Assembly (NCBI GenBank): GCA_963836315.1
Contig: CAWIJG010000002.1
Coordinates: 867,001-931,000 of the forward strand
Direction: 5' to 3'
DNA from: an uncultured Verrucomicrobiae bacterium
GTDB lineage: Bacteria; Verrucomicrobiota; Verrucomicrobiia; Palsa-1439
Length of the DNA: 64,000 nt
Part shown: positions 47,935-57,111 of the stretch, piece after piece
Layout of the letters: every line of letters begins with the position of its first letter
Numbering within the stretch: the stretch's first letter is position 1
Translations under genes and position numbers: made by a program
Notes under the pieces: model-generated
Told to the model about the DNA's origin: nothing
What the model saw: only the letters and a program-made list of their open reading frames with translations
The model's database searches: none

Positions 47935-48513
47935 ATGCGCATCATCGCTGGTCTCGCGAAAGGAATGACGCTGGCGGTGCCGCGCACGGGGGTGCGGCCG
48001 ACGACGGATCGCATCCGCGAGGCGGTGTTTTCCAGTCTGGGGGAGCGGGTGATCGGCGCGCGGGTGTTGGATTTGTTTGCGGGAACGGGAGCGCTCGGGC
48101 TGGAGGCGGCGAGTCGCGGCGCGGAGTCGGTGATGTTTGTTGAGAATGCGCGTGGTGCGCTGGGATGCCTTGAGCGAAACCTGGAGGCGTTTCGGCGGAA
48201 CCGCGATGTGAGGTGCACATTCTCCGTGTCGCGCACGGCGGTCGAATCGCAGATCAAGGCGCTGGCGGTTGCCGGGGAGGATTACTCGCTGATTTTCGCC
48301 GATCCGCCGTATGGTGAGGCGGCGCAGGCGTTGTTGCGGGACGCGACGCTGCCGGAATTGGTGGCGAGCGATGGATGGTTCGTGCTGGAATCAGCGAAAC
48401 GCGATGCGCTGGCCGTGAGCGAGACGTGGGAGCTGGTGCGGGGGGCAGTGTACGGCGACACGCAGGTGAACTTCTTTCGGTGCAAGATCGCTTCGTCCGG
48501 CGTGCCGAAGTAG
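47935..48513 (+). CDS. rsmD: 16S rRNA (guanine966-N2)-methyltransferase RsmD
   Basis: 192 aa with SAM-binding motif LDLFAGTGALGLEA and the DPPY motif (FADPPYGE). Confidence 0.85.
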   Translation: MRIIAGLAKGMTLAVPRTGVRPTTDRIREAVFSSLGERVIGARVLDLFAGTGALGLEAASRGAESVMFVENARGALGCLERNLEAFRRNRDVRCTFSVSRTAVESQIKALAVAGEDYSLIFADPPYGEAAQALLRDATLPELVASDGWFVLESAKRDALAVSETWELVRGAVYGDTQVNFFRCKIASSGVPK

Positions 48514-48579
48514 TCGTGCCGCTTGGGCAACTTTCTCGATAGTCAATGACCGACCTCCTAGACGGATCGCTCGTGGTCG

Positions 48580-48858
48580 TCAGGTGTTGGTCTGAGGTTC
48601 GAGGTTTTGGGGGGCAGACTCGGATGCCTTGGTTAGCCGACCGGCATGCTTGGTCGACTCTCGGACCATCGGCTGCATGAAAGTTTCCCTGATACCCGAG
48701 ACGATTTCACGCGTCACCACCAGTCCGCCGCAGGGTTGCCATCGGTTTTTCATCAACCTGTTTACTTCGGCAACCAGATTCTCAGCGGTCGAGGCGGTCG
48801 CAATCCTGTATTCTGTAAATCTCGTTGGCCGGTTTTCCGTTTTTAACCATCCAGGCAT
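48580..48858 (-). CDS. DUF1737-like small protein (tentative)
   Basis: 92 aa from ATG 48858 (MPGWLKTENRPTRFTEYRIATASTAENLVAEVNRLMKNRWQPCGGL...). The 193-aa track ORF has a low-complexity N-terminal extension that I discount. Confidence 0.4.
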   Translation of the reverse strand: MPGWLKTENRPTRFTEYRIATASTAENLVAEVNRLMKNRWQPCGGLVVTREIVSGIRETFMQPMVRESTKHAGRLTKASESAPQNLEPQTNT

Positions 48859-49783
48859 AATTTCACCACGGGAAGCAGTCGGAGATGATGGTAGCGTTTT
48901 CCGATAAGGTTGCAAGCCCAGGACGGATTTGGCAGGGCGGTGGCTTCGTACGGCCGACATTACTTTCGATTGTGGTCGGGGAGGGATGGCGTGACGAACG
49001 ATTTGCAATATTGAAGAGTTGACCCCGATGAGTGGACACGATGTGGTACTGAGGGTTTTCTGGGTCCGCACCGCGGACAAGGGCCACGCGAGATCGGGCG
49101 AGAGTCCGAGGCGTGGTCTAGAACCAGATGGGTGACTGAACAAAACAGCCAGACGAAACAACCCAGGCGCAGACAGTCAACTCGGTACGCGGTGAGAGGT
49201 TCAACCGAAGAAGAAGCAACGAAGGCTGGGAAAGCCAGTGGAGGAAACTTTTGTCTTGATCGGAACCTTTAATGGGTGCCCCCCCTACCTACCGGGGAGT
49301 GCATATCGGGAATCGATAGTTCTTGCTGGACGCGGGGGTGCGGCAGTGGTATAAGGGCGATAGTTGCTTGACATAAGATGGACGGCGTACAGAACCCATG
49401 GGAATTGCAGATTGGAGATCTCAGAGAGACGGCGAGGGAACGTCGGTTGGGAGGGGGAGGCTTCTACTAAGGTGCTTTTTGCGAAACGAAGCCAAGTTGA
49501 AAACACGTAAGTATTTGGTCATGAAGTCACTACACAAACTGGAAGGTGGGTTTGAGCGAAGAAAACGAACCCAATTGGGGGCATTTGGGGGTGGGAAATG
49601 GGTTCGTTCTGGCAGGAACGGAGCCAAAACGAAAGGAAAGGAGACAGAATTCAGCTCCGAGAAGGATTCGGATCGGGGAGTCTGAAGACAGGAGGTGGAG
49701 GGGGGCGGAAACGCGTGGTGGCGGGGTGAGGCGGGATCAATCGATGGCGCGGAGGTTGCGGTCACTTGCGGGGTGGACTGGCT

Positions 49784-50623
49784 TCAGCGAGCGGCCACGG
49801 CGGAGAATTTTTCTGCCAATTCCTCGTGGAGCATGCTGGCGACGAGCGGGAGGCGTTTTTCAACTTTTTCGACGGCTTCATGCGCTTCCTTCGGCTTGCC
49901 CATCTCCGCGTAGGCGAGGCAGAGCCAGACCCAGGGCGTAGCGTCACCCGAGTTGATCGAAATGGCTTTTTGGTAGGCCCGCACGGCCTTGTCGTACTGC
50001 GCTTGGAGGTGGTAGACGTTGCCAAGGTTGTTCCACGCGACGACGAAGTTTGGCTTCAACGCAATTGCCTTTTCGTATGAGGAAACGGCGTCGTCGTACT
50101 TGCAGCGCGCGGCATAAGCGTCGGCGAGATTGCACCAAGTTTGCGCGTCGCCCGGCCTTGCAGTCAGGAGTTGAAAACAAACGGAGATTAACTCGGTGTA
50201 TTTGCCCTGCTTCTTGTAGGCTTGGACGAGGCGCGCCAAGGCGGATGGATTGCTGGACTGCCGTTTGGTGATTTCCAGGCAGAAATCGATCTGGTCGAAG
50301 TCGTCTTCCTCCTTCTCATAGGCAGCATCGAGGCGCACCCATGCACGCTCATCGTCGGGATGAAGGCGAACGATTTCCTTCGAAAACGTCAGAAGATCGA
50401 TAGGATGAGTTTCGTCCTTGACGCTGAGTTGGAGAAAAGTCCAGGCGTGTCGATTCCCGGGGTGAGCTTTGACGATCTCCTCGCAGAATTGCATAAACTC
50501 CGAGGATTTACTCTCCTGGGTGCAAATCGTATATAGCTTGGACCACGCTTTGGGGTGGTCTGGCTTTTGCCGAACGGCCTCTTGATGGCGTCGTATCAAC
50601 CAGTTAGCGAAGTATTGCTGCAT
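49784..50623 (-). CDS. Tetratricopeptide-repeat (TPR) protein
   Basis: 279 aa with repeated W/Y-x-N-L-G/A-x-x-Y TPR signatures (AWNNLGNVYHLQAQYDKAVRAYQKAI). Confidence 0.75.
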   Translation of the reverse strand: MQQYFANWLIRRHQEAVRQKPDHPKAWSKLYTICTQESKSSEFMQFCEEIVKAHPGNRHAWTFLQLSVKDETHPIDLLTFSKEIVRLHPDDERAWVRLDAAYEKEEDDFDQIDFCLEITKRQSSNPSALARLVQAYKKQGKYTELISVCFQLLTARPGDAQTWCNLADAYAARCKYDDAVSSYEKAIALKPNFVVAWNNLGNVYHLQAQYDKAVRAYQKAISINSGDATPWVWLCLAYAEMGKPKEAHEAVEKVEKRLPLVASMLHEELAEKFSAVAAR

Positions 50624-50737
50624 AACCCGTGAACCTCAACAGGTTCTTACTAGCAGCCTACGGGCCATACCGCCCCGCATCAGGGTTATTCGATTAGCCG
50701 GCTGAGTTCGCCGACCGCCTGCCCGACCGGGGCACGG

Positions 50738-52141
50738 CTATTCGACAATGCGCATCTGAACCGCATTGATCAGCTTATCGCGAGCAAGGATGTCGGAAAT
50801 AACCACCACTTGATCGCCCTTCGCAAGCAGGTCGCGCTCCAGAAGAGATTGCTGCGCCCGCAAAATCGTGACCTCGGGGTCTTCGCTGAACTGAATCACG
50901 TGCGGCATCACACCCCAGTAGAGATTGAGCTGGTTGCGTATCCGCTCGGAGTTTGTGAACGCAAAGATCGCCGAGTGCTCCGGTCGCAGCCACGACGTGT
51001 ATTGCGCCATGTGTCCATACCGGGTGAAGACAAGGATCCCCTTGGCTTTCAATTCATTGGCCATGACCACGGCAGAACGTACGATCTTCTGGCGTTCTTC
51101 GGCCAATTCGACCTTCTCCGCGAAACGCGCCCCCCCGCTGCGTTCAATCCGCTGGGCGATGCGGTCGAGCACTTCGAGGCATTCGAGGGGATACTTCCCG
51201 ACCGTTGTCTCACCCGAAAGCATGACCGAATCGGTCTGCTCGAACACCGCGTTCGCCACATCCGTTACCTCGGCGCGTGTCGGCATCGGATTCTCGATCA
51301 TCGACTCCAGCATGTGAGTTGCAACGATGACCGGCTTCCCGTAACGGATACACGCCTTGACCGTGCGGCGCTGGATAATCGGCAGCTCCTCGTATGGGCA
51401 TTCGATGCCGAGATCGCCCCGCGCCACCATAATGCCGTCCGCCGCATCAATCAGGTCAACCAGATTGACGACTGCCTGCTCATCTTCAATCTTGGCGATA
51501 ATCTTCGCATCGGAATCGCGGGCGCTCAGCATCTCGCGAAGCTCCACGATGTCCTTCCGCTCCCGGACAAAGGACAGCGCGATAAAATCAATCCCCAGCG
51601 AAATGCCCAGTTCGATGTCGTGCCGATCCTTTTCGGTGATCGACGGCATGTTGATCTTAACGCCCGGCAGGTTGATGTGGCGACGGGAACCGAGTTCCCC
51701 CTCCGTCAGCACCTCACATCGCATCCGCCGATGCAGCTTCTGCAACACCCGTAGCCGGATGACCCCATTATCCACCAGCACCGTATCACCTTCGTGGATG
51801 TCCTTGACGAGGTTCGGGTAATTGACGTCCACCGACTTCTCCTCTTCGCTCTGCGCGCCTTTGACCGTAAACTCAAAAATGTCGCCCGGCTTCAATTCCA
51901 GCGGAATAGGCAGGTCCCCGGTGCGAATCGCGGGGCCTTGCGTGTCCATCATGATGGCGCAGGGAATCCCGGCCGTCTCCGAGGCGGCGCGAATCCGTTG
52001 AAACACCGCGCGGGTCCACTCGTGCGTCGCATGGCTCATGTTCAACCGGGCGACGTTCATGCCCCCCCGGATCATCTTCTCCAACATTTCCGCCGACTCG
52101 ATACTCGGGCCGATCGTGCACGTGATTTTCGTGTGTCTCAT
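50738..52141 (-). CDS. pyk: Pyruvate kinase
   Basis: 467 aa: TKITCTIGPS N-terminus, ARLNMSHATHEW, MVARGDLGIE. Confidence 0.9.
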   Translation of the reverse strand: MRHTKITCTIGPSIESAEMLEKMIRGGMNVARLNMSHATHEWTRAVFQRIRAASETAGIPCAIMMDTQGPAIRTGDLPIPLELKPGDIFEFTVKGAQSEEEKSVDVNYPNLVKDIHEGDTVLVDNGVIRLRVLQKLHRRMRCEVLTEGELGSRRHINLPGVKINMPSITEKDRHDIELGISLGIDFIALSFVRERKDIVELREMLSARDSDAKIIAKIEDEQAVVNLVDLIDAADGIMVARGDLGIECPYEELPIIQRRTVKACIRYGKPVIVATHMLESMIENPMPTRAEVTDVANAVFEQTDSVMLSGETTVGKYPLECLEVLDRIAQRIERSGGARFAEKVELAEERQKIVRSAVVMANELKAKGILVFTRYGHMAQYTSWLRPEHSAIFAFTNSERIRNQLNLYWGVMPHVIQFSEDPEVTILRAQQSLLERDLLAKGDQVVVISDILARDKLINAVQMRIVE

Positions 52142-52190
52142 GGGTGCCGTTACTGACCATAGAATACGCAGCGCCGCTAAAAAAGAAAAG

Positions 52191-52219
52191 ATTGCAAAAC
52201 GACGGCGTGAAAATTATCG
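52191..52219 (+). promoter_or_regulatory. Candidate sigma70-like promoter for coaD (TTGCAA, 17 nt spacer, TATCGT)
   Basis: Hexamers read by eye, ~25 nt upstream of the coaD ATG; a GGGAGG Shine-Dalgarno-like sequence follows at 52235-52240. Divergent from pyk. Confidence 0.3.
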
Positions 52220-52243
52220 TTACCACCAAGGGCAGGGAGGTTC

Positions 52244-52738
52244 ATGTTGAAGATTGCAGTCTACCCGGGCAGCTTCGATCCCATCACCAACGGTCATCTC
52301 GACATCGTGCGCCGGGTTTCCCAAATGTTTGATCGCGTGATCGTTGCGGTGGCCGTCAATCAGGAGAAAAAACCCCTGTTCAGCGCGCCCGACCGGATGC
52401 GGTTGGCCGCCGGAGCGGTCAAGGGACTGAAAAACGTGTCTGTGGACAGTTTCGATGGCCTGCTTGTGAATTACGCCCGCAGCAGGCGCGCCAGCATTCT
52501 CGTTCGCGGATTACGGGCTGTTTCTGACTTCGAGTTCGAATTCGAACTCGCCCTCATGAACCGCAAGCTGGATTCGGGCATCGAAACGATCTTCTTGATG
52601 ACCAAGGATGAGTACACCTTTATCAGTTCAAGGCAGGTCAAAGAGATCTGTCGACTCGGCGCCAATGTGAGCAATTTCGTGCCACGCGGTGTCGAACGTG
52701 CATTGAGACGCAAATTTGCTTCGAAGCCCCCGGATTGA
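52244..52738 (+). CDS. coaD: Phosphopantetheine adenylyltransferase
   Basis: 164 aa with the PGSFDPITNGH nucleotidyltransferase motif. Confidence 0.9.
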   Translation: MLKIAVYPGSFDPITNGHLDIVRRVSQMFDRVIVAVAVNQEKKPLFSAPDRMRLAAGAVKGLKNVSVDSFDGLLVNYARSRRASILVRGLRAVSDFEFEFELALMNRKLDSGIETIFLMTKDEYTFISSRQVKEICRLGANVSNFVPRGVERALRRKFASKPPD

Positions 52739-52769
52739 CATCCGTAGCGCTTGGGGCGAAAGGGGAACC

Positions 52770-53234
52770 ATGAAAATCAACGTCAAGCGTATCCCGGAGG
52801 ATGGGGAAACGCTGCGCGGGAGCGATCCTTCCTCGATCATGGATCTGGACGAACCGGACGCCCGGTTCGAACACGACGTGGAGTATGACTTGCTGGCGCA
52901 ATTGCAGGGCAATGCGCTGCTGGTCACGGGCCAAATCAGCACGCCGGCGATGCTCCGGTGCAGCCGATGCCTCCGCGTATTCGAGTTGCCGCTGAAAGTG
53001 GAGGATTTTGCCTTCCACCAGGAACTGAAAGGCGAAGACTTCGTGGACTTGACTGCCAATATGCGCGAAGATATTATCCTCGAACTTCCACAGCGGGCCC
53101 TTTGTACCGAGGGTTGCCGGGGATTGTGCCCGCATTGTGGCAAGGATTTAAATAAAGGGCCGTGCCGATGTAAGCCGTCAGAAGGCGATCTGCGCTGGCA
53201 TGCGTTGGATAACTTGAACCTGAAATTGAAGTAA
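52770..53234 (+). CDS. yceD: YceD/DUF177 family protein (large-subunit rRNA accumulation), upstream of rpmF
   Basis: Start at ATG 52770. C-terminal Cys cluster CTEGCRGLCPHCGKDLNKGPCRC. Conserved yceD-rpmF-plsX synteny. Confidence 0.7.
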   Translation: MKINVKRIPEDGETLRGSDPSSIMDLDEPDARFEHDVEYDLLAQLQGNALLVTGQISTPAMLRCSRCLRVFELPLKVEDFAFHQELKGEDFVDLTANMREDIILELPQRALCTEGCRGLCPHCGKDLNKGPCRCKPSEGDLRWHALDNLNLKLK

Positions 53235-53249
53235 CGGAGAGCATTTCCC

Positions 53250-53432
53250 ATGGGTGTCCCGAAACGTAGAATGTCGAAAATGCGCCTGCGCACTCGCAAG
53301 GCTTCGCACCGTCCCAAGGCGCCGCAGCTGTCCAAGTGTTCCCAATGCGGCGCGCGGGTGCGGCCCCACCGCGTGTGCCCGTCCTGCGGTTATTACAAAG
53401 GCCGACAGGTCGTATCTGTAACCGCCGCCTAA
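53250..53432 (+). CDS. rpmF: 50S ribosomal protein L32
   Basis: 60 aa: MGVPKRRMSKMR... with zinc-ribbon CSQCG...CPSCG. Confidence 0.9.
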   Translation: MGVPKRRMSKMRLRTRKASHRPKAPQLSKCSQCGARVRPHRVCPSCGYYKGRQVVSVTAA

Positions 53433-53439
53433 TCCTGCC

Positions 53440-54489
53440 ATGAGACTGGCCATCGATGCGATGGGTGGGGATTTTGCCCCCCGGAACATCGTTGCCGGGG
53501 CCGTGGAAGCTCTCCGCGACAATAACCGCATCACCCACCTCTACCTCGTGGGCGACCAGACCCGCATCGACGAGAACTTGCGCAACCTCGGCCCACCCGA
53601 CAAGCGCATCGAGGTCGTCCACGCCAGCGAAGTCATTGAGATGAACGACCCGCCCGTGCTGTCCGTCCGCCGCAAAAAGGATAGTTCGATGGGCCGCGCC
53701 ATCGATCTGGTGAAGAGCGGCGCCGCGGACGCAGTGGTCTCCGCAGGCAACACCGGCGCGCTCCTCACGGCGGCGCACCTCAAACTACGCACCCTCGAAG
53801 GCGTCGATCGACCCAGTTTGGTCGTGCTCCTGCCCGCGCCCGGGAACATTTCGGTATTGTTGGACGCCGGCGCCAACCTCGAACCGCATCCCTCCAACCT
53901 CGTCCAGTACGCCATCATGGGTAGCCTCTACTCCAAACAGATCCTCGGATACGAGCGGCCACGTGTCGCGCTCCTGTCGATTGGCACCGAGGACATGAAG
54001 GGCAACGAGTTGACCCTCGAAGCGCATCGGCTGCTCAAGCAGACGGACCTGAATTTTGTCGGCAACATCGACGGCCACGACTTGTTTTCCAACCATGCGG
54101 ACGTGATTGTGACGGACGCGTTCGTCGGGAACGCGGTCTTGAAAGCCTGCGAGAGTACCGCCCGCCTGGTCGGCGGCTGGCTGAAAGACGAACTGAAGAA
54201 GAATCCACTGCGAATGCTGGGCGCGGTACTCGCCGGCGGCGCGTTCAAAGCGCTCAAACGCAAGGCGGATCCCGACGAATACGGCGGAGCCGTCTTGTTG
54301 GGGATTAACGGCATCTGCATCAAGGCGCACGGCGCCAGTTCGCCGAAAGCCGTCAAGAATGCCATCCGCGGGGCCACGGAGTTCATCGAGTGCCAGTTCA
54401 ATGAGCACATCGTCGACGAAATCAGAAAGTTCCATGACAAAGTCCACCAAACCCAATTTACGCAATCCCAGGTCGAGACTGCTTCTTAG
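53440..54489 (+). CDS. plsX: Phosphate acyltransferase PlsX
   Basis: 349 aa: MRLAIDAMGGDFAP N-terminus, PlsX-like throughout. Confidence 0.9.
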   Translation: MRLAIDAMGGDFAPRNIVAGAVEALRDNNRITHLYLVGDQTRIDENLRNLGPPDKRIEVVHASEVIEMNDPPVLSVRRKKDSSMGRAIDLVKSGAADAVVSAGNTGALLTAAHLKLRTLEGVDRPSLVVLLPAPGNISVLLDAGANLEPHPSNLVQYAIMGSLYSKQILGYERPRVALLSIGTEDMKGNELTLEAHRLLKQTDLNFVGNIDGHDLFSNHADVIVTDAFVGNAVLKACESTARLVGGWLKDELKKNPLRMLGAVLAGGAFKALKRKADPDEYGGAVLLGINGICIKAHGASSPKAVKNAIRGATEFIECQFNEHIVDEIRKFHDKVHQTQFTQSQVETAS

Positions 54490-54493
54490 GCCC

Positions 54494-55471
54494 GTGCACA
54501 TCGTCGGCACGGGCTCGTACGTACCCGACCGCGTGCTTACGAACGCCGATCTGGAAAAATTGGTCGATACCACCGATGAGTGGATCACGACCCGCTCGGG
54601 CATCAAGGAGCGCCGCATCGCTCCCGACTGGATGTGCACGTCCGACATGGCCGCCGAGGCCGCCCGCCGCGCAATGGAGCAGGCCAATGTGCGCGAGGAC
54701 CAGATCGATTTGATCATCTGCGCCACGATCACGCCGGATATGCCGTTCCCCGCAACCGCGTGCCTCATCCAGCAGAAAATCGGCGCCAAACGCGCCGCCG
54801 GTTTCGACATCGAAGCGGCCTGCTCGGGCTTCCTCTACGGCATGGAAATCGGACAGCAGTTCATCACGTCGGGGACTTACAACACGGTACTGGTCATCGG
54901 CGCCGAAAAGCTTTCCACGATTATCGACTGGCAGGACCGCAGCACGTGCGTGCTCTTCGGCGACGGTGCGGGCGCGGCAATCCTCCAGAGCCGCGGCGAG
55001 GAATATGGACACGGGATTCTCACGACCTGCATGGGTGCGGATGGCGCGCAGGCGGACATCCTCTTGATGCCCGCAGGTGGCGCGCGTTATCCTGCATCGA
55101 AAGAGTCGGTAAGCGCCGGCATGCACCATTTGAAGATGGCCGGCAAAGAGGTCTTCAAAAGCGCCGTCGTCGCCATGCAGACCGCCGCGGAAGAGGCGTT
55201 GCGGCGATGCAACCTGACCATCAACGATATCAAGTGCGTCATCCCGCATCAGGCCAACATCCGCATTCTCGAGGCCATCGCCGGGCGCATCGGCGCGCCC
55301 ATGGAGAAGGTATACGTAAACCTGCACCGTTACGGTAACATCTCCGCTGCGTCGGTCGCGATTGCACTCGATGAAGCAGCCCGGGAAGGGCGCTTCCAGC
55401 GTGGCGACTTGATTCTGTTGGTCGTCTTCGGCAGCGGTTTGACCTGGGCCTCGTGTGTCATCCAGTGGTAA
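54494..55471 (+). CDS. fabH: Beta-ketoacyl-ACP synthase III (FabH)
   Basis: Active-site Cys (EAACSGF) and the C-terminal His/Asn region (PHQANIRI, FGSGLTWAS). Start placed at GTG 54494; an in-frame ATG at 54434 overlaps plsX by 56 nt. Confidence 0.85.
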   Translation: MHIVGTGSYVPDRVLTNADLEKLVDTTDEWITTRSGIKERRIAPDWMCTSDMAAEAARRAMEQANVREDQIDLIICATITPDMPFPATACLIQQKIGAKRAAGFDIEAACSGFLYGMEIGQQFITSGTYNTVLVIGAEKLSTIIDWQDRSTCVLFGDGAGAAILQSRGEEYGHGILTTCMGADGAQADILLMPAGGARYPASKESVSAGMHHLKMAGKEVFKSAVVAMQTAAEEALRRCNLTINDIKCVIPHQANIRILEAIAGRIGAPMEKVYVNLHRYGNISAASVAIALDEAAREGRFQRGDLILLVVFGSGLTWASCVIQW

Positions 55472-55554
55472 ATACGACTAAGGGGGCGCTCGTTGACACC
55501 GGGCATGGCCGGTGCTAAGTTGACGGACGGTTCTGTGCGGGAGAGTGAGATAAT

Positions 55555-55923
55555 ATGGGTGTGACCAAGAGAGACTTTTCAGGAGTTTTTGACCTGGAGC
55601 TGAAAGAGAAACGCTCCCGCAAGGCAGCTGTTCTTGATAAGGCGTTCGTTCTGAGTCCCAAAGGCATGACGTTTTTGACCGATACGTTCATGCCCGAGTG
55701 GATGGAAGTTGGCGTGGAGATGCGCTTGCCAAATTCGGGAGCGCGAAGGGATCAACATAGGGATATCGATTGTCGCGGAGTCGTCGTGCAGTGTACGCGA
55801 CGCGAGCAGGGCAAGGGCTTTCAGGTGGTGCTGATGTTCCTGGACCTGCCGAAGCGGGCGCAAGCCCAGCTCAGTGCCGCTCCCTCCGCCGTTGCCCCCC
55901 TCAGCATCTCGATCTCACGCTGA
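55555..55923 (+). CDS. Hypothetical protein, possibly a degenerate PilZ-like domain
   Basis: 122 aa with GGAGAG Shine-Dalgarno-like sequence upstream. EKRSRK and NSGA segments loosely resemble PilZ RxxxR / D-x-S-x-G motifs. Stop is 5 nt before pilT. Confidence 0.35.
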   Translation: MGVTKRDFSGVFDLELKEKRSRKAAVLDKAFVLSPKGMTFLTDTFMPEWMEVGVEMRLPNSGARRDQHRDIDCRGVVVQCTRREQGKGFQVVLMFLDLPKRAQAQLSAAPSAVAPLSISISR

Positions 55924-55927
55924 CTCT

Positions 55928-57022
55928 ATGGAGTATCTTCACAGCCTCCTGAAATTCGCCGTCAACATGGGTGCCTCCGACATCCATGTGAAACCCGGCC
56001 ATCATGCAACCATCCGCATTTCGGGTGAATTGTTCCCCGTACAGGTGGATCCCCCGACCAAAGAGCAAGTCGAGGAAATCGTCCGGCACATGCTGCCGAA
56101 GCACCTCGAGGCCCGGCTGGACCGCGAGAAGGAAGCGGATTTTTCCTACATCGACCCCGCCCTCGGCCGGTTTCGTGTGAATGTCTTTTACCAGCGCGGG
56201 GTGTCGTCGTTCGCCATGCGTTATGTCAAGACGCATGTGCCGTCGTTTCGGGATTTGAATCTTCCCGAGCAGATGGGAACAGTCGCCAGCGCGGAGCGCG
56301 GGATCATCCTCGTCACGGGCCCGACGGGCTGCGGCAAATCCAGCACGCTGGCTGCAATGGTTCAGCACATTAACGAGACCGAGAAATGTCACATCATCAC
56401 CCTCGAAGACCCGATCGAGTACATTTTCGAGGACAAACAATCGGTCATTGAACAACGCGAAGTCGGGCTCGATACGTTGAGTTTCGAGCGGGCGCTCGTC
56501 CATGTCATGCGCCAGGACCCCGATGTCATCATAATCGGCGAAATGCGTGACAGCCAGTCGTTCATGGCCGCTCTCGCCGCCGCCGACACCGGCCACCTGG
56601 TCATCACGACCCTGCACACCACGACGGCGTATTCCGCCATCGGACGGACTCTCGATTTCTTTCCCGCACATGAACGCGACCAGATTCGCCGCCAGATCGC
56701 CGCCAATCTGCGCGCAGTCGTCTGTCAACGACTTGTCCCGGCCATCGCCGGCAGCGTCGTTCCCGCTGTCGAAATCATGCTCAACTCGGCGACCGTGCGA
56801 AAGTTCATCGAACAGAACATGCTCGATAAACTCTCCGCCGCAATCGAAACCGGCGCCGACGATGGCATGCAAACGTTCAACCAAGCCCTCTACAAACTCG
56901 CGAAGGCGAAACTGATCACGGAAGAGGAGGCTCTCGCCAAGGCCACCAATCCCGACGCCCTCAAGATGAATTTCCGCGGAATCTTTCTCGACGAATCCCG
57001 CCGCATTCTCGCCAACGACTAG
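55928..57022 (+). CDS. pilT: Type IV pilus retraction ATPase PilT (PilT/PilU family)
   Basis: Start ATG 55928 (MEYLHSLLKFAVNMGASDIHV). Walker A GPTGCGKSST, Asp-box, His-box (TLHT). Confidence 0.85.
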   Translation: MEYLHSLLKFAVNMGASDIHVKPGHHATIRISGELFPVQVDPPTKEQVEEIVRHMLPKHLEARLDREKEADFSYIDPALGRFRVNVFYQRGVSSFAMRYVKTHVPSFRDLNLPEQMGTVASAERGIILVTGPTGCGKSSTLAAMVQHINETEKCHIITLEDPIEYIFEDKQSVIEQREVGLDTLSFERALVHVMRQDPDVIIIGEMRDSQSFMAALAAADTGHLVITTLHTTTAYSAIGRTLDFFPAHERDQIRRQIAANLRAVVCQRLVPAIAGSVVPAVEIMLNSATVRKFIEQNMLDKLSAAIETGADDGMQTFNQALYKLAKAKLITEEEALAKATNPDALKMNFRGIFLDESRRILAND

Positions 57023-57111
57023 AATCGTCAGCGCCGTCCTGCTGCCACGCTCGTTGAAATCCGCCGCGCGCCTGCTATACTCCCCGCTTGTTTGCAGGCG
57101 AGGGCGAGTTC

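Noticed and set aside
48514-49783. RNase P RNA, tmRNA or SRP RNA in the long non-coding stretch
   Set aside because: I looked for their signature motifs (P4 AGGAAAGUCCGG, tRNA-like GGTTCGAnTCC 3' end, SRP domain IV) on both strands and found none. An unknown ncRNA is not excluded.
55901-56884. 327-aa minus-strand ORF antisense to pilT
   Set aside because: Shadow ORF of a strongly supported PilT gene.
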